From Antedon mediterranea (Eukaryota > Animalia > Echinodermata): DNA of 64,000 bases. Positions 11,745 through 25,200 of this stretch are shown here, in pieces. The stretch is taken from positions 2,046,001 through 2,110,000 of the forward strand of contig NC_092674.1 in the NCBI RefSeq assembly GCF_964355755.1. The letters run 5' to 3'. Under the pieces are notes generated by a model that was given only the letters and a program-made list of their open reading frames with translations, made no database searches and had not been told where the DNA came from. Position numbers and translations under genes: made by a program. Positions within the stretch are counted from its first letter, which is position 1. Each line of letters opens with the position of its first letter.

Positions 11745-14700
11745 TTAATCATCATCGTTGTCGTAACCACTCCCTGCTGAGTTATGCCGTAGAAGAAGTT
11801 CCATTTGATCCGAGACAATCTGAAAAGGAAGGTAAGCAGGTTAGAAAAAGAATAGAATAGACTGAATTGGGAATTGATGGGAGAGAAACAAGGGTGCTGG
11901 CTTGGCAATTAAAGGCGGTAGGAACAGGGATGCTGGATTGACAATTGATGGGAGAGAAACAAGGGTGCTGGCTTGGCAATTAAAGGCGGTAGGAACAGGG
12001 ATGCTGGATTGACAATTGATGGGAGAAACAAGGGTGCTGGCTTGGCAATTAAAGGCGGTAGGAACAGGGATGCTGGATTGACAATTGAATTGGCGTGGCT
12101 TATGATGGGGTTGTTGGCTTGAGAAATTTGAACAGGTATTGCGCAATTAACAAATTTACAGTTTACAATGCTACCGAGTGCATTAGCGTTAGTTTGGCCT
12201 GTCATTGGTCAAACTACTTATGTTACAAGTGAAAACAAAACTTCTAGCTTTTCTATTTCTAAAAACTAATACAGTCAACTTTCCCAATACCTTTGGGCTG
12301 GACTAATATGTCTGGTTTTCCAGAAAGTCTCATATTCGGAATGTGTTTTTAATGGTAAAAAGGAACTTGGGACCCTTTGGATCTCACGAAAAGACTGGTT
12401 TTGGGTGACTTCCAGGTTTCAGAGAGTCCGGCATTGGGAGAGTCGATTGTAGTGACAATGTCTCACCCCATTTTGCGTAGTTTCTTTACCGGCATACTCT
12501 TCATAAACAGTATCGTTTTCATGCTCATCTAATTTAGATAAGTGTACACCGTCACTGTCTTTACTCACGTTATAAATATAAATACAAATAAGTACAATCG
12601 GTGCTTGCAAGTAGAAATTCAGCGTGGGGTTGTAACCAAAATGAAATATCGAAAACGTTATCACCACAACTGTCATAACCTGAGTGCTTAGTATATGAAA
12701 CATATTGTCTTTAAATTTTAAAATTATTGACACAGTTAATCCAATAAACGCAATGTCAAAAATCAGAATCGACGAGAAGACGTTGTATCCGTCGAAGAAG
12801 CCACATTTCCAGACACGCTGTCTGTAATCGCTATGAGTTAGTAACGTAACAACGTTAAAGAACACGCCAAACATGTATAGTTTCGTATTCTGAAAAAATA
12901 TACTTTCTTGCAGTCCGCCATCTTGTTTGAATATTTTCTCGTTGTAGATGTTTGCGAACGAAGCAATAAAACAACTTACGATGATCAAAACGTGCCCTGT
13001 ATTAAATATTTTTATTTCCTTTTCGTTGGAATCCTTATGCTCAGTTGTTGAGATGTGTTTTGTTGGTAATAATTCATTTTTAATGTTTTTTTCATAACTG
13101 CATATAACTTTGTCAGATTTTGATGATGTATTCTTTTGTAAATAATTGACATCTTGTTGATGATGTATGCTTTCAGAACTATGACTGCTTTCATTTGACA
13201 AGGAAACAATTGCTAAAAATAAAATAATAATTGACGCCCACTGGACCTTGGTAAACTTCACTCTAAAATAAAAACATTAAAACTATTAAACAAATAGCAA
13301 AGAAAATGTATTCATAATTTCAAACTCTATTATAGCCAATACAATAGAAATCTTCTTTGGGCACCCTATTTACAGGACACCCATTTAGTTTGGAAACTTT
13401 GTTGGGTCTCAAAAGGGTGTCCCATCTCTACCGTATTTTACAAATATTCAGAAAAATATAAAAAATGATGTACTTACTTTAAAATAAATCGAAATAAAAT
13501 TGATGTTGAAATGATAACAAAGTTATTCAATAAAACTGCCACTGCCTGAGATGAATAAAATAAAAACATTTTATACAAAAAGAATATACATAAGAATGAT
13601 ATTGGGTTGATTTAATGATTTGTGTTTTTTTTTTCCATTTACTTTATTTTTGTCTCCATAAAAATACAATACAAAAAAAACACGAGTCCAGGCCGCCTCT
13701 AAAGTTCACAAATTGTAAAAGATAAGACATCAAATTAAGTTCAGCACTTCATTTTGCTACTTATAGACCCTGCCCCCCCCCCCCCCTCCCCCCATTTTCC
13801 AAAATCCTGTATCCACTATTGCATATAATTTCCGAGACAAATTGATGGAGTGTGAAATATCAAAGTAATAGATACACCTCATACAGTAACAGACAGTAAA
13901 TACACCTCATAATAGACAATACATTTCATACAGTAAATAGACAGATGCACCCCATGCAGTAACAGAAAGATATGCTAGTATTTTCTAATTGTAATCTTTG
14001 ATTGTTTTTACTTACCGGCTCCAAGTATGTTAGAGTATAGAATCCAATCAGATTGTCCAAAAAATACAGCAATCCTGGAATACTCCATTTTAGAAAATGT
14101 GCCGTACTGTGCGATGGCTTGCTGAATATTTCAGAAATCTGGCGTCCCTCTTTAAAATAAATATTCAGTCAATTTCTTATCTTTCTTCAAATACTATAGT
14201 ATTTACTATTTATTTATTTATTTTATTTATTAATACCATAAACCAGTGAATTGAAACACTAGCCACATTCACAAAAGATGTTATTATTTGTATTGTGATA
14301 TTGAATATCACGTTAGCAGACCAGGTAAAGGCTTAACAACAATGACCTTGAGTTGTAATTAGTGTATAGCAATTAAAAGCCAATTCTTTTGTTCATCAAT
14401 TTATTAAACATAACAACATCTGTTATCTGTTCTGAATTTAATTAGTGGACAGACTAGTATAGACAGAAATGTGACAATTAATAAAAATGTATTACAGTAT
14501 TAGGAAATACCTATTCAGGGAAATGCCTAGTAAGGGGATGCTTTCCCCTGACATGAATGAGGGAAAATATATTAAGCTCTGTCTACACTATCAAACTAGT
14601 TTGACAAAAAAAGTGTGATGTACCCAAATGTGGTAGTGATATCTTTATGTCCGTATATGGACACATCACATTTTTATTGTCGCATAATGTTTGATAGTGT

Positions 14701-15425
14701 AGACAGAGCTTTAAACACCACAGCCAACCCTTCAGGGTTCATCATTTTCATCATAAAGCACCATACTATTCTATATTCATGTTATGTTTATGACAAGCCA
14801 CATTGACAAACTACTCCATAGAGTTGATTACAGTCATCCTATGTTTTAGTTAAACATGCTTTATACATACCTTTGTAAAGCAAATGTATTGAAAGTAAAA
14901 AGCAAACTGCAAATTTAATGGTCTCTGCACATATATTCACTGTTACTGGTAAGTAATCATACTTATGTTCTGTTGGAGAGAAAAACTAATGAAAATATGT
15001 TGTATTACAAATAAAATGCTGTACAAAGTACAGGAGATAATGTGAAGATCATGTATACCATATTATATAATTTATAAATGAACCATAATGTTCGCCATAT
15101 AAGTAAAATAACAACTCAATGAATTAAATTCATTGAGGGCCCTATACAGGAGCGGATCCAAGGGGCCCCGTCCTCCACACTAAATTAAAGATAAAATATC
15201 AAATTAAGCTCAGCCATTCATTTCACCATTTTCAGGGCATGGGCCCGCTACTTACATGTAGGTTAAGTATATTTAGGGGTTAGAAGGTTGCAAGATGTTA
15301 TAGATTGTCAATACTGTACCTGTATTTGAAGACAATCTTGTGAGTGGTAGACGAGCTGATCCAAGACTAATAATAAGGGCAGCTAAGCCTACTGATATAA
15401 AACGGTCTTTTTGAGACTGAATCAT
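11745..15425 (-). CDS. SLC35A5: Nucleotide-sugar transporter SLC35A5. Coding exons: 15425-15320, 14969-14871, 14149-14016, 13545-13478, 13262-12467, 11819-11745; probable 5' exon ending at 17660
   Basis: HKYDYLPVTVNICAETIK, KWSIPGLLYFLDNLI, QWASII, GHVLIIVSCFIASFANIYNEKIFK, ESIFFQNTKLYMFG and ILKFKDNMFH match SLC35A5. A donor G|GTGAGA at 12467 joins in phase 0 to an acidic last exon IVSDQMELLLRHNSAGSGYDNDDD*; unspliced read-through would stop at 12419. Confidence 0.92.
11872..12088 (+). repeat. 71-bp tandem repeat x3 in the last intron of SLC35A5
   Basis: attgatggga recurs at 11873, 11944 and 12015; the copies are near-identical. Confidence 0.95.
14575..14710. mobile_element. Representative of a high-copy ~130-190 bp PIF/Harbinger-like MITE (over 20 copies or fragments in the window)
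   Basis: TIR AGCTCTGTCTACACTATCAAAC, flanked by TTA/TAA. Other copies at ~9930, 18795, 19540, 19740, 20825, 22670, 24421, 24815, 40435, 40921, 43546, 48159, 49647, 50557, 51018, 51944, 52588, 53152, 53808, 54215, 54584, 57256. Superfamily inferred from the TWA target and TIR shape. Confidence 0.85.
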
Positions 15426-15568
15426 TATTGCGCTACCATGAGAATCACTTACTAAATATGAAGAAAAAAAATGTTAAAACAAAAAGTGCACAAGCCGGAA
15501 CCTCCATGGTCCACTGAATCTTTTGATTCACTGATGTCGATGATATAGGCCTACCCCATACCCACTAC

Positions 15569-17323
15569 GGATGCTAGTCAAGTCGCCCCATCGCAAAGTC
15601 GCCCCATACAAAGTCGCCCCTTACACAGTCGCCCCATCGCAAAGTCGCCCCGACACAGTCGCCCCATCACAAAGTTGCCCCATCGCAAAGTCGCCCCAAC
15701 GCAAAGTCGCCCCATCGCAAAGTCGCCCCATCACAAAGTCGCCCTATCGCAAAGTCGCCCCAAAACGTTAAAAAATAGTTTACAAGTGCGTAAAATGTCG
15801 CAATGATACACAAAATAACATGGAACGTGTAGGCATAAAAAGGGGAAGCCCCGCCATGTAGTCGATCTCAGGTCACACGATCGGCACGCACCACCATCCA
15901 GAGAGGAAGCCCCCGACTAATCACTCCGCGGTCGCACTAACGTGCTAGCTTACCAGAGGGAAACCCCCGTAATTACTCCGCCGTTGTCGCACTACAACGC
16001 ACCATAGATGGGGAAACCCCGCCGGAGTTTTACGATGATATCAGTCGCGTTCGAAATCGGTCGCGTTTAAATTTGGTCGCGATAAAATGATGTTATACGA
16101 TCTAGATTATATACATAGTATTACGTAATGAACATTGATTGTAAGCCTGGAAAGGCAATCCCATCATTATATCCATTATAAAATTGCATCATATCACCAC
16201 TATGTCGTAAATGATGACGTGCGTGTGTGTATTCGTCGTACGTCCGTGTACGTATTATTCCGTGCCTCTTCACGGTCTTGTTTAATTTAAAATTAAATAA
16301 ATACCCGATATGAGGATATTTATTAGGCATGATAATTAGAATGTTCTAGGCCTAACCAAAAGGGTTGAAAAGAATTTCTTCAGTAAAATGATCATTGTGC
16401 TGTTGAATAAAAGGCGACTCGCCATCTGAAACATTCTCTGAAACCAATCGGAACTGCGCCGTCTTTCTGCTGACCATCGGGGATTCCCCTTTTTAAAAAA
16501 CACGCACACGATACTGTACGATGGTTTTTCCATGGTCAAAATGTAGCGTTTTAATTTTACTAAAATACCTGCATGTAAAACAATCATATCGGCGATGAAA
16601 TCCTTTTTTTTAAATTTCTTTATTTTGAAAAGTCATTATAAAATTAAGACACATAACTTGTCAATAAATGCAAAATGATCAATAAGTAGCCTATAACACT
16701 CATTGTCTTACAACACTGTTATTGTTTTAACTACTGTAAATCTATAGGAAGGCCTAGGCTACTACACATTTATACATTTATTATATTATCCTAAAAAATT
16801 AGCTGGTATCCACGCGTAGGTTGAAGAAAGATTCGTAATTGTGGCTCTGGTAACTAATTTAAAAATCATATTAAATTAACATTTTCGAAACTATAAATCA
16901 GGGATAGGCCTAATCTTTTTAGAACTTTCAAACAAGGGACTATTTTTTTAATGATTTTTAATAAAAAGCACATCACTCCATTAAAACCTGTAAAATAAAA
17001 ATTAAAACACAAATTATGTATATAATAGGATAAACATTATACTGTATACGACATTTAGCGCGAGCAAAGTAACAACGCAATCGATATCAAACGCAACCAA
17101 TATGATTAAAACCGTGGGCGACTTTGCGATGGGGCGACTTTGCGTTGGGGCGACTTTGCGATGGGGCGAATTTGCGATTGGGCGACTTTGTAATGGGGCG
17201 ACTTTGCGATGGGGCGACTGTGCCGGGGCGACTTTGTTTTGGGGCGACTTTGCGATGGGGCGACTTTGTATTGGGCGACTTTGTATGGGGCGACTTTGCG
17301 ATGGGGCGACTTGACTGGATCCC
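15569..17323. mobile_element. Non-autonomous foldback/MULE-like DNA element with arrays of sub-terminal repeats, in SLC35A5 intron 1
   Basis: About 200-bp inverted ends made of ~17-18 bp AAAGTCGCCCCATCGC units; direct flanking duplication CCCACTAC at 15561-15568 and 17324-17331; no transposase ORF recognised inside. Confidence 0.88.
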
Positions 17324-17725
17324 CCCACTACCTAGTACTGGTGGTATGGTAAAATGTTTCTATTGGCCCCTCTCAATTCAACAGACCTGTCATACCTGTG
17401 TAACTCATAAAGGCCAGGCTAGAGCACGTTAGATCTACTTACTCGCCCTAGGCCCAGCTATACCTCCATGAGCTATCTATAGTAGGCCGCTAGCCTACTA
17501 CTAGACCTACTAGGCCTACTACCTAGCCTAGCTAGCCTAGCTAGGCCTACCTGCTTACTTTACTAGGCCTAGCTAGTTAGTGTATAGTATAAATTGTGCA
17601 CCACTTGTAGAGATCACACCCACTTTATTTACAAAACATATTTATTGTTACATACTCACAAATCCAGGTTCATTATTGGTTGGGTCTCCATATTGTGAAC
17701 CAAATCCTGCGACCCCCTCTGTCTG

Positions 17726-18738
17726 CGAGGTATAATCAGAGCGTCATTTTCGACGATCGAGCATTCTCTACTTCTACGGAGCGCCATTTATGCCTTTATT
17801 TACTTCCGAAATAGAAATAGTACTACGGTAACTGGTTCAGTGGACCAAATTTAGCACCAGTGGAGCACAATGATATAAAATAGAAATAAGTCACTAATTT
17901 TAATATCTTTTCGTATGTTAATACACTGTGCTCAAGTGGACCCAATTTTGAGCCAGTGGAGCACAGTGATCTAAAATAGAAATAAGTCGTCACTGAATTT
18001 TAATATCTTTTCCTTTGTTAATACACTGTGCTCAAGTGGACCCAACTTGGAGCCAGCGGAGCACAGTGATATAAAATAAAATTCAGTGACTTATTTCTAT
18101 TTTATATCACTGTGCTCCACTGGCTCCAAGTTGGGTCCACTTGAGCAGAGTGTATTAACATACGAAAATATATTAAAATTCCGTGAATTATTTCTATTTT
18201 ATATCACTGTGCTCGCCTGGTGCCAAATTGGGTCCACTTGAGCACAGTGTATTAAAATACGAAAAGATATTAACATTCAGTGACTTATTTCTATTTTATA
18301 TCAATGTGCTCTCTGGCTCCAAATAGGGTTCAATTGAGCAAAGTGTATTAAAATACGAAAAGATATTAAAATTCAGTGACTTATTTCTATTTTATATCAC
18401 TGTGCTCCCTGGCTCCAAATTGGGCCCACTTGAGCACAGTGTGTATTAACATACGAAACGATTATTAAAATTAGTGACTTATTTCTATTTTATATCACTG
18501 TGCTCCACTGGCTCCAAATTGGGTCCAATTAAGCAGAGTGTATTAACATACGAAAAGATATTAAAATTAGTGACTTATTTCTATTTTATATCACTGTGCT
18601 CCACTGGTGCTAAATTTGGTCCACTGAACCAGTTACCGTAGTACTATTTCTATTTCGGAAGTAAATAAAGGCATACATGGCGCTCCGTGAGAAGTAGAGA
18701 ATGCTCGATCGTCGAAATGACGCTCTGAATATACCTCG
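17726..18738. repeat. 1-kb palindrome / foldback structure with internal ~89-bp tandem units in both orientations
   Basis: CGAGGTATA.. at 17726 pairs with ..TATACCTCG at 18738. About 3 units run forward, then about 6 reverse, with the switch near 18075. Confidence 0.92.
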
Positions 18739-19263
18739 TCAATCTTAATAATTTTGAAGCGCCCTCTAGACAAAGTATAGTACTTTTGACGCTAAGCTGT
18801 CTGCACTATCATTATCAACTAATTTGACAAAAAAGTGTGATGTGCCCAAATAGGGTAGTGATATTCCCAAATATGGTAGTGATATTCCCAAATATTGTAG
18901 TGATATGACATCTTTATTTCCATATATGACCACATCACATTTTTTTATCACATAAAGTTCTGTTTGATAGTGTAGATAGAGCTAACTTATTTAATAGCAT
19001 TTACAACTTTGTTGAGTGAGGGATCTGAGATTTCTATATAAGAACATAACACTAGATAAGAAGTAAATGTATGAAAACATTTTATTCACTATACTTTTAA
19101 TACATAAGTAAAAACGTTGTTTATAATATATAATACACGTTAAAATGTATTTACAAACTGACTATAGATTTCAAAACCCGTAAAATGATGAATCATTTCT
19201 ATACTACTGGTGGTATACACCAGAAGATGACGTGGACTGATCTTAGGAGGAGAAATGAAAAAC

Positions 19264-22200
19264 TCAGTGTTTGGCTGAGCCTTTGATTTTCACCGTGAAG
19301 TTTATTCTACCCTCAGATCGCGAATGGTCAATGTTTGCCGCCCATGTGAAACAGACGATACGGATAGATACATTCTCCACCGGACTCATCATTTGGACGG
19401 TTACAAAAGAGTTGACAAGATCGTCTGATAAAAATCCCGCCGATGGTGTGACCACGACAGATCCAAGTATTCGTTTGTCAGCGTTTGTCTAGAAAAATAA
19501 TGAATACATATACTGTGACTTCATTTTCACGTATGGTCAAAGCTCTGTCTACACTATCAAACAAAAAAATGTGAAGTTCCCATATATGGGCATTATTATG
19601 TCATATCACTACCACATTTAATCATATCACTACCATATGTGGCCATATCACACCTTTTTTGTCAAACTAGTTTGATAGTGTGGACAGAGCTTAAATTTCC
19701 ATTTACCAATAGAGAGCAAAGTAAGACATAAAGCATTGTCAACAAAACTGTGATGTGCCCAAATATGGTAGTGATATGCCCAGATATGGTAGTGATATGA
19801 CATCATCATGCCCATATATGGGTATGAATTCAACACTATGATATCAATGGAAGTAATGGCTGTGTTCTTTTAAGCCACAAAAAGTGGTCTCTCTCTCTCG
19901 TTTTTCAATTATAAATACAGTTACCTTTCCCTCGCACGTTAGAGGCAGGTGAGAGTCAACGTAGACATCTTTAATCGTGGTTGGTATCAGCATTGGTAGG
20001 TATGGCAACGGTGCCCACTCCTTGGGGTTCTATATAGTTGAACATAGACATTATTATTATAAAAATAAAAGATACGTTATTATTTTAAAAATAAATAAAC
20101 TTGATAATCATTGACAACAATCAGCATTTATAACAAAAAGGCAACGATGATATTATAATCTGATGTATGATGATGATGATATTGATGATGATATTTAATA
20201 TTGATGGGGTCATGGGCTGATTATAACATACCTATAATGTTTAAGTTATATTATTAAAATGTATATATTATATTTTTGTTTTGAGTTTGTGTTGTGTCCG
20301 TTGGATATTGTGTTCTGCCAATTCAAACAAAGCAAACAGAATTTTTATTATTTTTTTCTTAAAACAAATGACAATAAATGACACTTGACTTGATAAGAAA
20401 ATAAACACACTCATTGTTGAACCTATTTTGAATTATATCAATTCCTCTGTACTTACTCCCGTAAAAGTAATTATAACGCATGGACAACCACTTGCATATC
20501 CAAATTTAGTAGCCGGATTACAGGTGGCGTGTGCACTAGAATCTGGCAAAAACATCGACAATGCGCGGACGTACTTCATGTAGGTCGACGGTACGGTAGG
20601 CTTGTATGATATCACCGCTTTATCTGGAATCAACTGAAGATCTATAGATTAGTAAAACAACTATTAGATACGTCATTGTTAAATTCACGCCATCTGATTG
20701 GTTTAAAGTTACAACTAATCCCTGCGTCTGTCTTTTATTGTAATCGTTTCTTTCTGCAGATTTCGATAACTCCGTGCTTAGACCCAGAGTTAACCAAGTC
20801 AATATTTGAATAAGGTATATCACTAAAGCTCTGTGTACACTATCAATCCTTTTGTGATAAAAGAAAATGCCCACATAACACGGACATGATGACGTCATAT
20901 CACTACCATATTTGGCCACATCACACTTTTTTTGTCAAACTACTTTGATAGTGTAGACCAAACTATACGGTAGCTATAGAAGTTTAATTCTAATCTTATT
21001 TTTTTCTTTCTTTTTTATTCATTTATTTTTTTTGTTCACGCACTTGGAGGGTCTACAAACTCTTGAGATGCTGCTGGAAGTCCACTGTCCTCGTCGATAT
21101 CAAACGGCCAAGCACCGAACGGAAGAGGTCCTGTCCCGCCATCTGGCCCGTCAGATCCATCCGTCATTGTTATGACGCCACGCGAGGAATTGAAGTTCAC
21201 CATGTATTCGGAAATGACAGGAGTTACACTGTGTTGCATTGGACGGTGTATAGCTGAAATGTACATTTGAAATAATTATCGTATAAAATACAAATGTATC
21301 ATTGTGTCCCCTGCCAAAACAATTCTTTAAAATAATTATTTTTTCTTTATGTCCCTTTCTAAATGTCTCAGATTAATCTTGCTGGCGACATGCGTAGTAC
21401 CGTAAATAACTAAGCGGTTCAATAAAAGGTGTAAGTTTCCCCATGTCGCATTGTATTTCTTGTACAGCTTTGTTTCACTAATGTCCAACCAAACCAGCTT
21501 GGTGTGTACTTGGACGCGACGCAATGCAACGCAAGGCACAATTGACCAGTTAGGATAATCCATAGGCGCGCGTCGTCGTGATTGGTCAAATTCCGTCATT
21601 GGGTTTCGTCCAATAGAAGCAAACTTTAGGCTTGGTTCCTACCCTGGCGCAACACAAGGACATAAGCGCAACGTAAATGATTCGACCAATCACAAGCGAT
21701 GGATTATTCGAAATGCCGCTTGTGTCATTGGTCAACTCGCTTGCGTTGCGTTTACGTACCTCCGCTACGTATCTGTGTGAACCAAGCCTTAGTGAGTGGC
21801 CCAATTCATAATCAATGCTGAGGCTTCGCGAACCACTACAGAGTAAGGCAAACATACTCACATGAAGTTATAGGTCCGTAACCTAAAAACATATAATGTG
21901 GTCGATACAGATTGAACGTCTTGTCGTTTTCAGGTATGTTCTTTTTTCTTGTAAATTTGCAAGATATATATCCATCAACATATGAAGAACTATGGACCAT
22001 CAAATTGTCCTTAAAGAAATCAACATGTGTAAGCATGAAATAGAAGTTATCGAAGTAATTTTGGATTCATCAAAACCGTTACAATTATTCTATACTGTAC
22101 ATTCAACATATTGTAGTTTTAGATACTCTAAAGACGATTTTCCACTAGGCGAATTTGTTCGCGCGAATCGAAACGTCAGCTTATATTACGCGTAGAGAGA

Positions 22201-25200
22201 GATTTTGAAGATGGAAAATTCGCCTAGTCTTCTTGTTGACTCTATAAGCCAAGCCTAGTGGGAAATCGGCTTGATGGCAAAATACTGGTATGGACTTACC
22301 GGACTGGTGATCTCCTCCATGTAATGTCGAGCGGAGTACGCCTGCTTTACATCCGTCCTTCCCTCTGTTTTCCCTCTAATACAAAAAACAACATCGTCTT
22401 CATTCTACAGATTACAAAGATGATCAATTACAAATCTTCATCGATAAACATATTGCAAATCATTAATTTACCTTTTCATATTCCTCACCATGACATCGTC
22501 AATGGAGCAGCCAAGCGGCAGCTTCGTAAAGCTAGGTTCGCATTGGACGGAACGCAATTATGTACGGTACGCGCAATTATTTGCGTTGTGCGTACGTCTT
22601 GCGTTGCTTGAACTAAAAAGTCGAAGTTACTCGAACTATAGAGTTTTAACGTATATTGTGAACAACACTAAAGCTCTGTCTACACTTTTAAACGTTATGT
22701 GCTCATGGGCATGATGATGCCATATCACTACAATATTTGAGAATATCACTATTATTGGGCACATAACACTTTTAGACAAAGCTTTAAAATGGTGTTTGAT
22801 ACTAACCATTTTTTTATCTTCAGAAAAGGCCAGTGCAATCCATCCATTTGATTTACCAGCTAACAGAAATGTAAGAGAGTCACCCGTCTTATTTTCCTTA
22901 ATTCGTACGCTAATATCGCATTTATTCCAATCACAATCATCAGGTACTTTTGCACACTGTTCGTATTTTCCACATTTGTTTAGTTTCAGAAAATCTGGTG
23001 GTTGAAAAGGGTCAGTACTACCTCCTTTGTCTAGTTTGTCAGTTTTTGGTTTTCCAGCTGGTTTTATGTCTGTTTCAGCATAAAGTACATGCTTTGCTAA
23101 AGATACTTTTCTTTTTGTAACCCTTTGAGGTCCTTGCATTAATGGCATGCCTACGAAATTAAAAAAAAACATAAAAACAGTAGGCACTAATAATTGTTAA
23201 CAACATTCAAGTCTAAGTATTAAGAGTTACAAGGTATAAGATAACAAAGTTAAGAACAAAAATGCCTATCTGTAACGTCAAAAATAAGCACAAACTTTGA
23301 GCAGGAACGCGTTCTAATGTTGATAAAAATCTTACGCCTTTTGTACGCGCGCGCCAACTTTGTGCGTCAATATAACAGTAACATCAGAATAATGTCAAAA
23401 GCATACCTTTCTTTAGAGCACCACTAGCAAAAATTAAATACCATTTTCGTTTCATGTTAAAATACTGAGGTACAGACTTTAATATCTTCTTTCTTGTAAA
23501 TACACAATGTATCATTTTGTTTTTACGGTCGTATGTTGCTTTTAATATCGTAGCTCCTTCAATCTGAATATGAAATAATTAATAATAATTACAATTCAAT
23601 TTTATATTTTAAAAAGATCTTCATTGATTGTATTGTTCATCTTAGCCTTGGTTGCGATGAGATATCATTTAAAGATGTATTGTGCCCCAAAAACATGAAA
23701 AATAAAGATAAAATAAGACTTTGAATAGATTATTTTGTAGATTTAATAAAGCTAATCACTTCGGTAGAAAAAAGGGAACAATTGAAAGTTTTCATCTATA
23801 AAATGAAAAAATAAATGATTAAATTCAACCAAAAAACCATTTGCTGGTAGCCAATTTGACTATTTTTTGCTTTAAATTACAGGTTTTCAGGTAAATACAT
23901 TTTTTCCATCCCATTTTTGGTCAAAGTGGATAAATATTATGTAACATTAAAATGGCATATTAAAAAAAAAATTATGAATGAATTATTTTTTTAGGGGGAC
24001 AATACATCTTCAATAAAGAAACAGGAACAAAAACGTGTACCGGTAGTGCAATTTTATTCTAATTAGTTGATACTGTATCATGCTAAATACAAATCGTAAA
24101 TTAACTATTACGAACTCTTGCCCGCGTTCAAGGTGCTGAAGTCAGATGTTTTGCCCAAATTTCACCCCGAGTATCCATACAATTACGTCATAATTAGGAA
24201 AACATCTGACTAATCAGCTACAATAAAATAATACAACAGGGAAGAGTAAAATTATACTCTTCCCTCCTGAAAATAACAAACCAAATCATCAACGTGTAAT
24301 CTTGAATATTCTCCATATATGTGTTTTACTTGCACTTTCGTTTCATTTAAGACACAGGCTACCATGTCATCACTGCCCTAGTGAAACAAAAATTAAAGGC
24401 TAGCTCCATGTATACCATTTTAAGCTCTGACTACACGATCAAACTAGTTTGATAAAAAAAAATGTGAGGTGCCCAAATATAGTAGTGATATACCCAAATA
24501 TGGCAGTGATATGACATCATCATGTCTATGGGCACATGACATTATTTGACACGTAAAGTTTTATGGTGTTGACAGACCTTTAGTTTTTATTAAACTTATT
24601 TTGTAACAACTTTATAATATTAACAATCCCACTTATTTTTTCTTCAGCGGTAAAAAGTAAAAAGATCATCGTAATAAAGCCTATAAAATAACTTTCCAAT
24701 GTGAGTGCAACCGACTTTTTCATATGTTATAAGAAGAATTGACTGTCACAACACTACACTATTGCATATTTATAAATAAAATATAAATATAAATCGAACG
24801 ATTGATTGATTGATTGATCAAACTTTTTGTGACAAAAAAAATATGAAGTGCCCAAATATGGTAGTGAGATGACGTCGTCACATACAATTCGATAGTGTAG
24901 ACAGAGCTTTAGGGAAAAGGTATATAAATCGAAAGAATTACAACCAATTTTACACAGAAGATCAGTAATATCTAAATTACAAATAGTACCCGGTTGTGGA
25001 TTGTAAGCAAAAATCAGTTTAAAGCATCATATAATTTAAACGTAACATAGACGTAAAACAAACCATTTCGTTTGTCCTAATCTCACCACAAATTTATCCT
25101 TTGATAAGCCTACAGCTACAAAGCCATCAGCGCTACCTCGTAGGTTGAATTTAAAAGATTTTTTATCACTGGTTTCTTTGACAGAGAGGGCATATCGACA

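Noticed and set aside
11782-12205. Repetitive minus-strand ORFs
   Set aside because: Translations of the 71-bp intronic repeat of SLC35A5.
15571-17432. KVAPSQSRP / GRLCDGAT repeat ORFs as a transposase or repeat protein
   Set aside because: Translations of sub-terminal DNA repeats; no DDE motif or long ORF.
19264-20641. A separate canonical Na,K-ATPase beta gene
   Set aside because: No exon for a cytoplasmic N-terminus or TM helix was found between 20641 and 21044, and the upstream DOMON-linker exon splices in phase and carries the start of the ectodomain motif.
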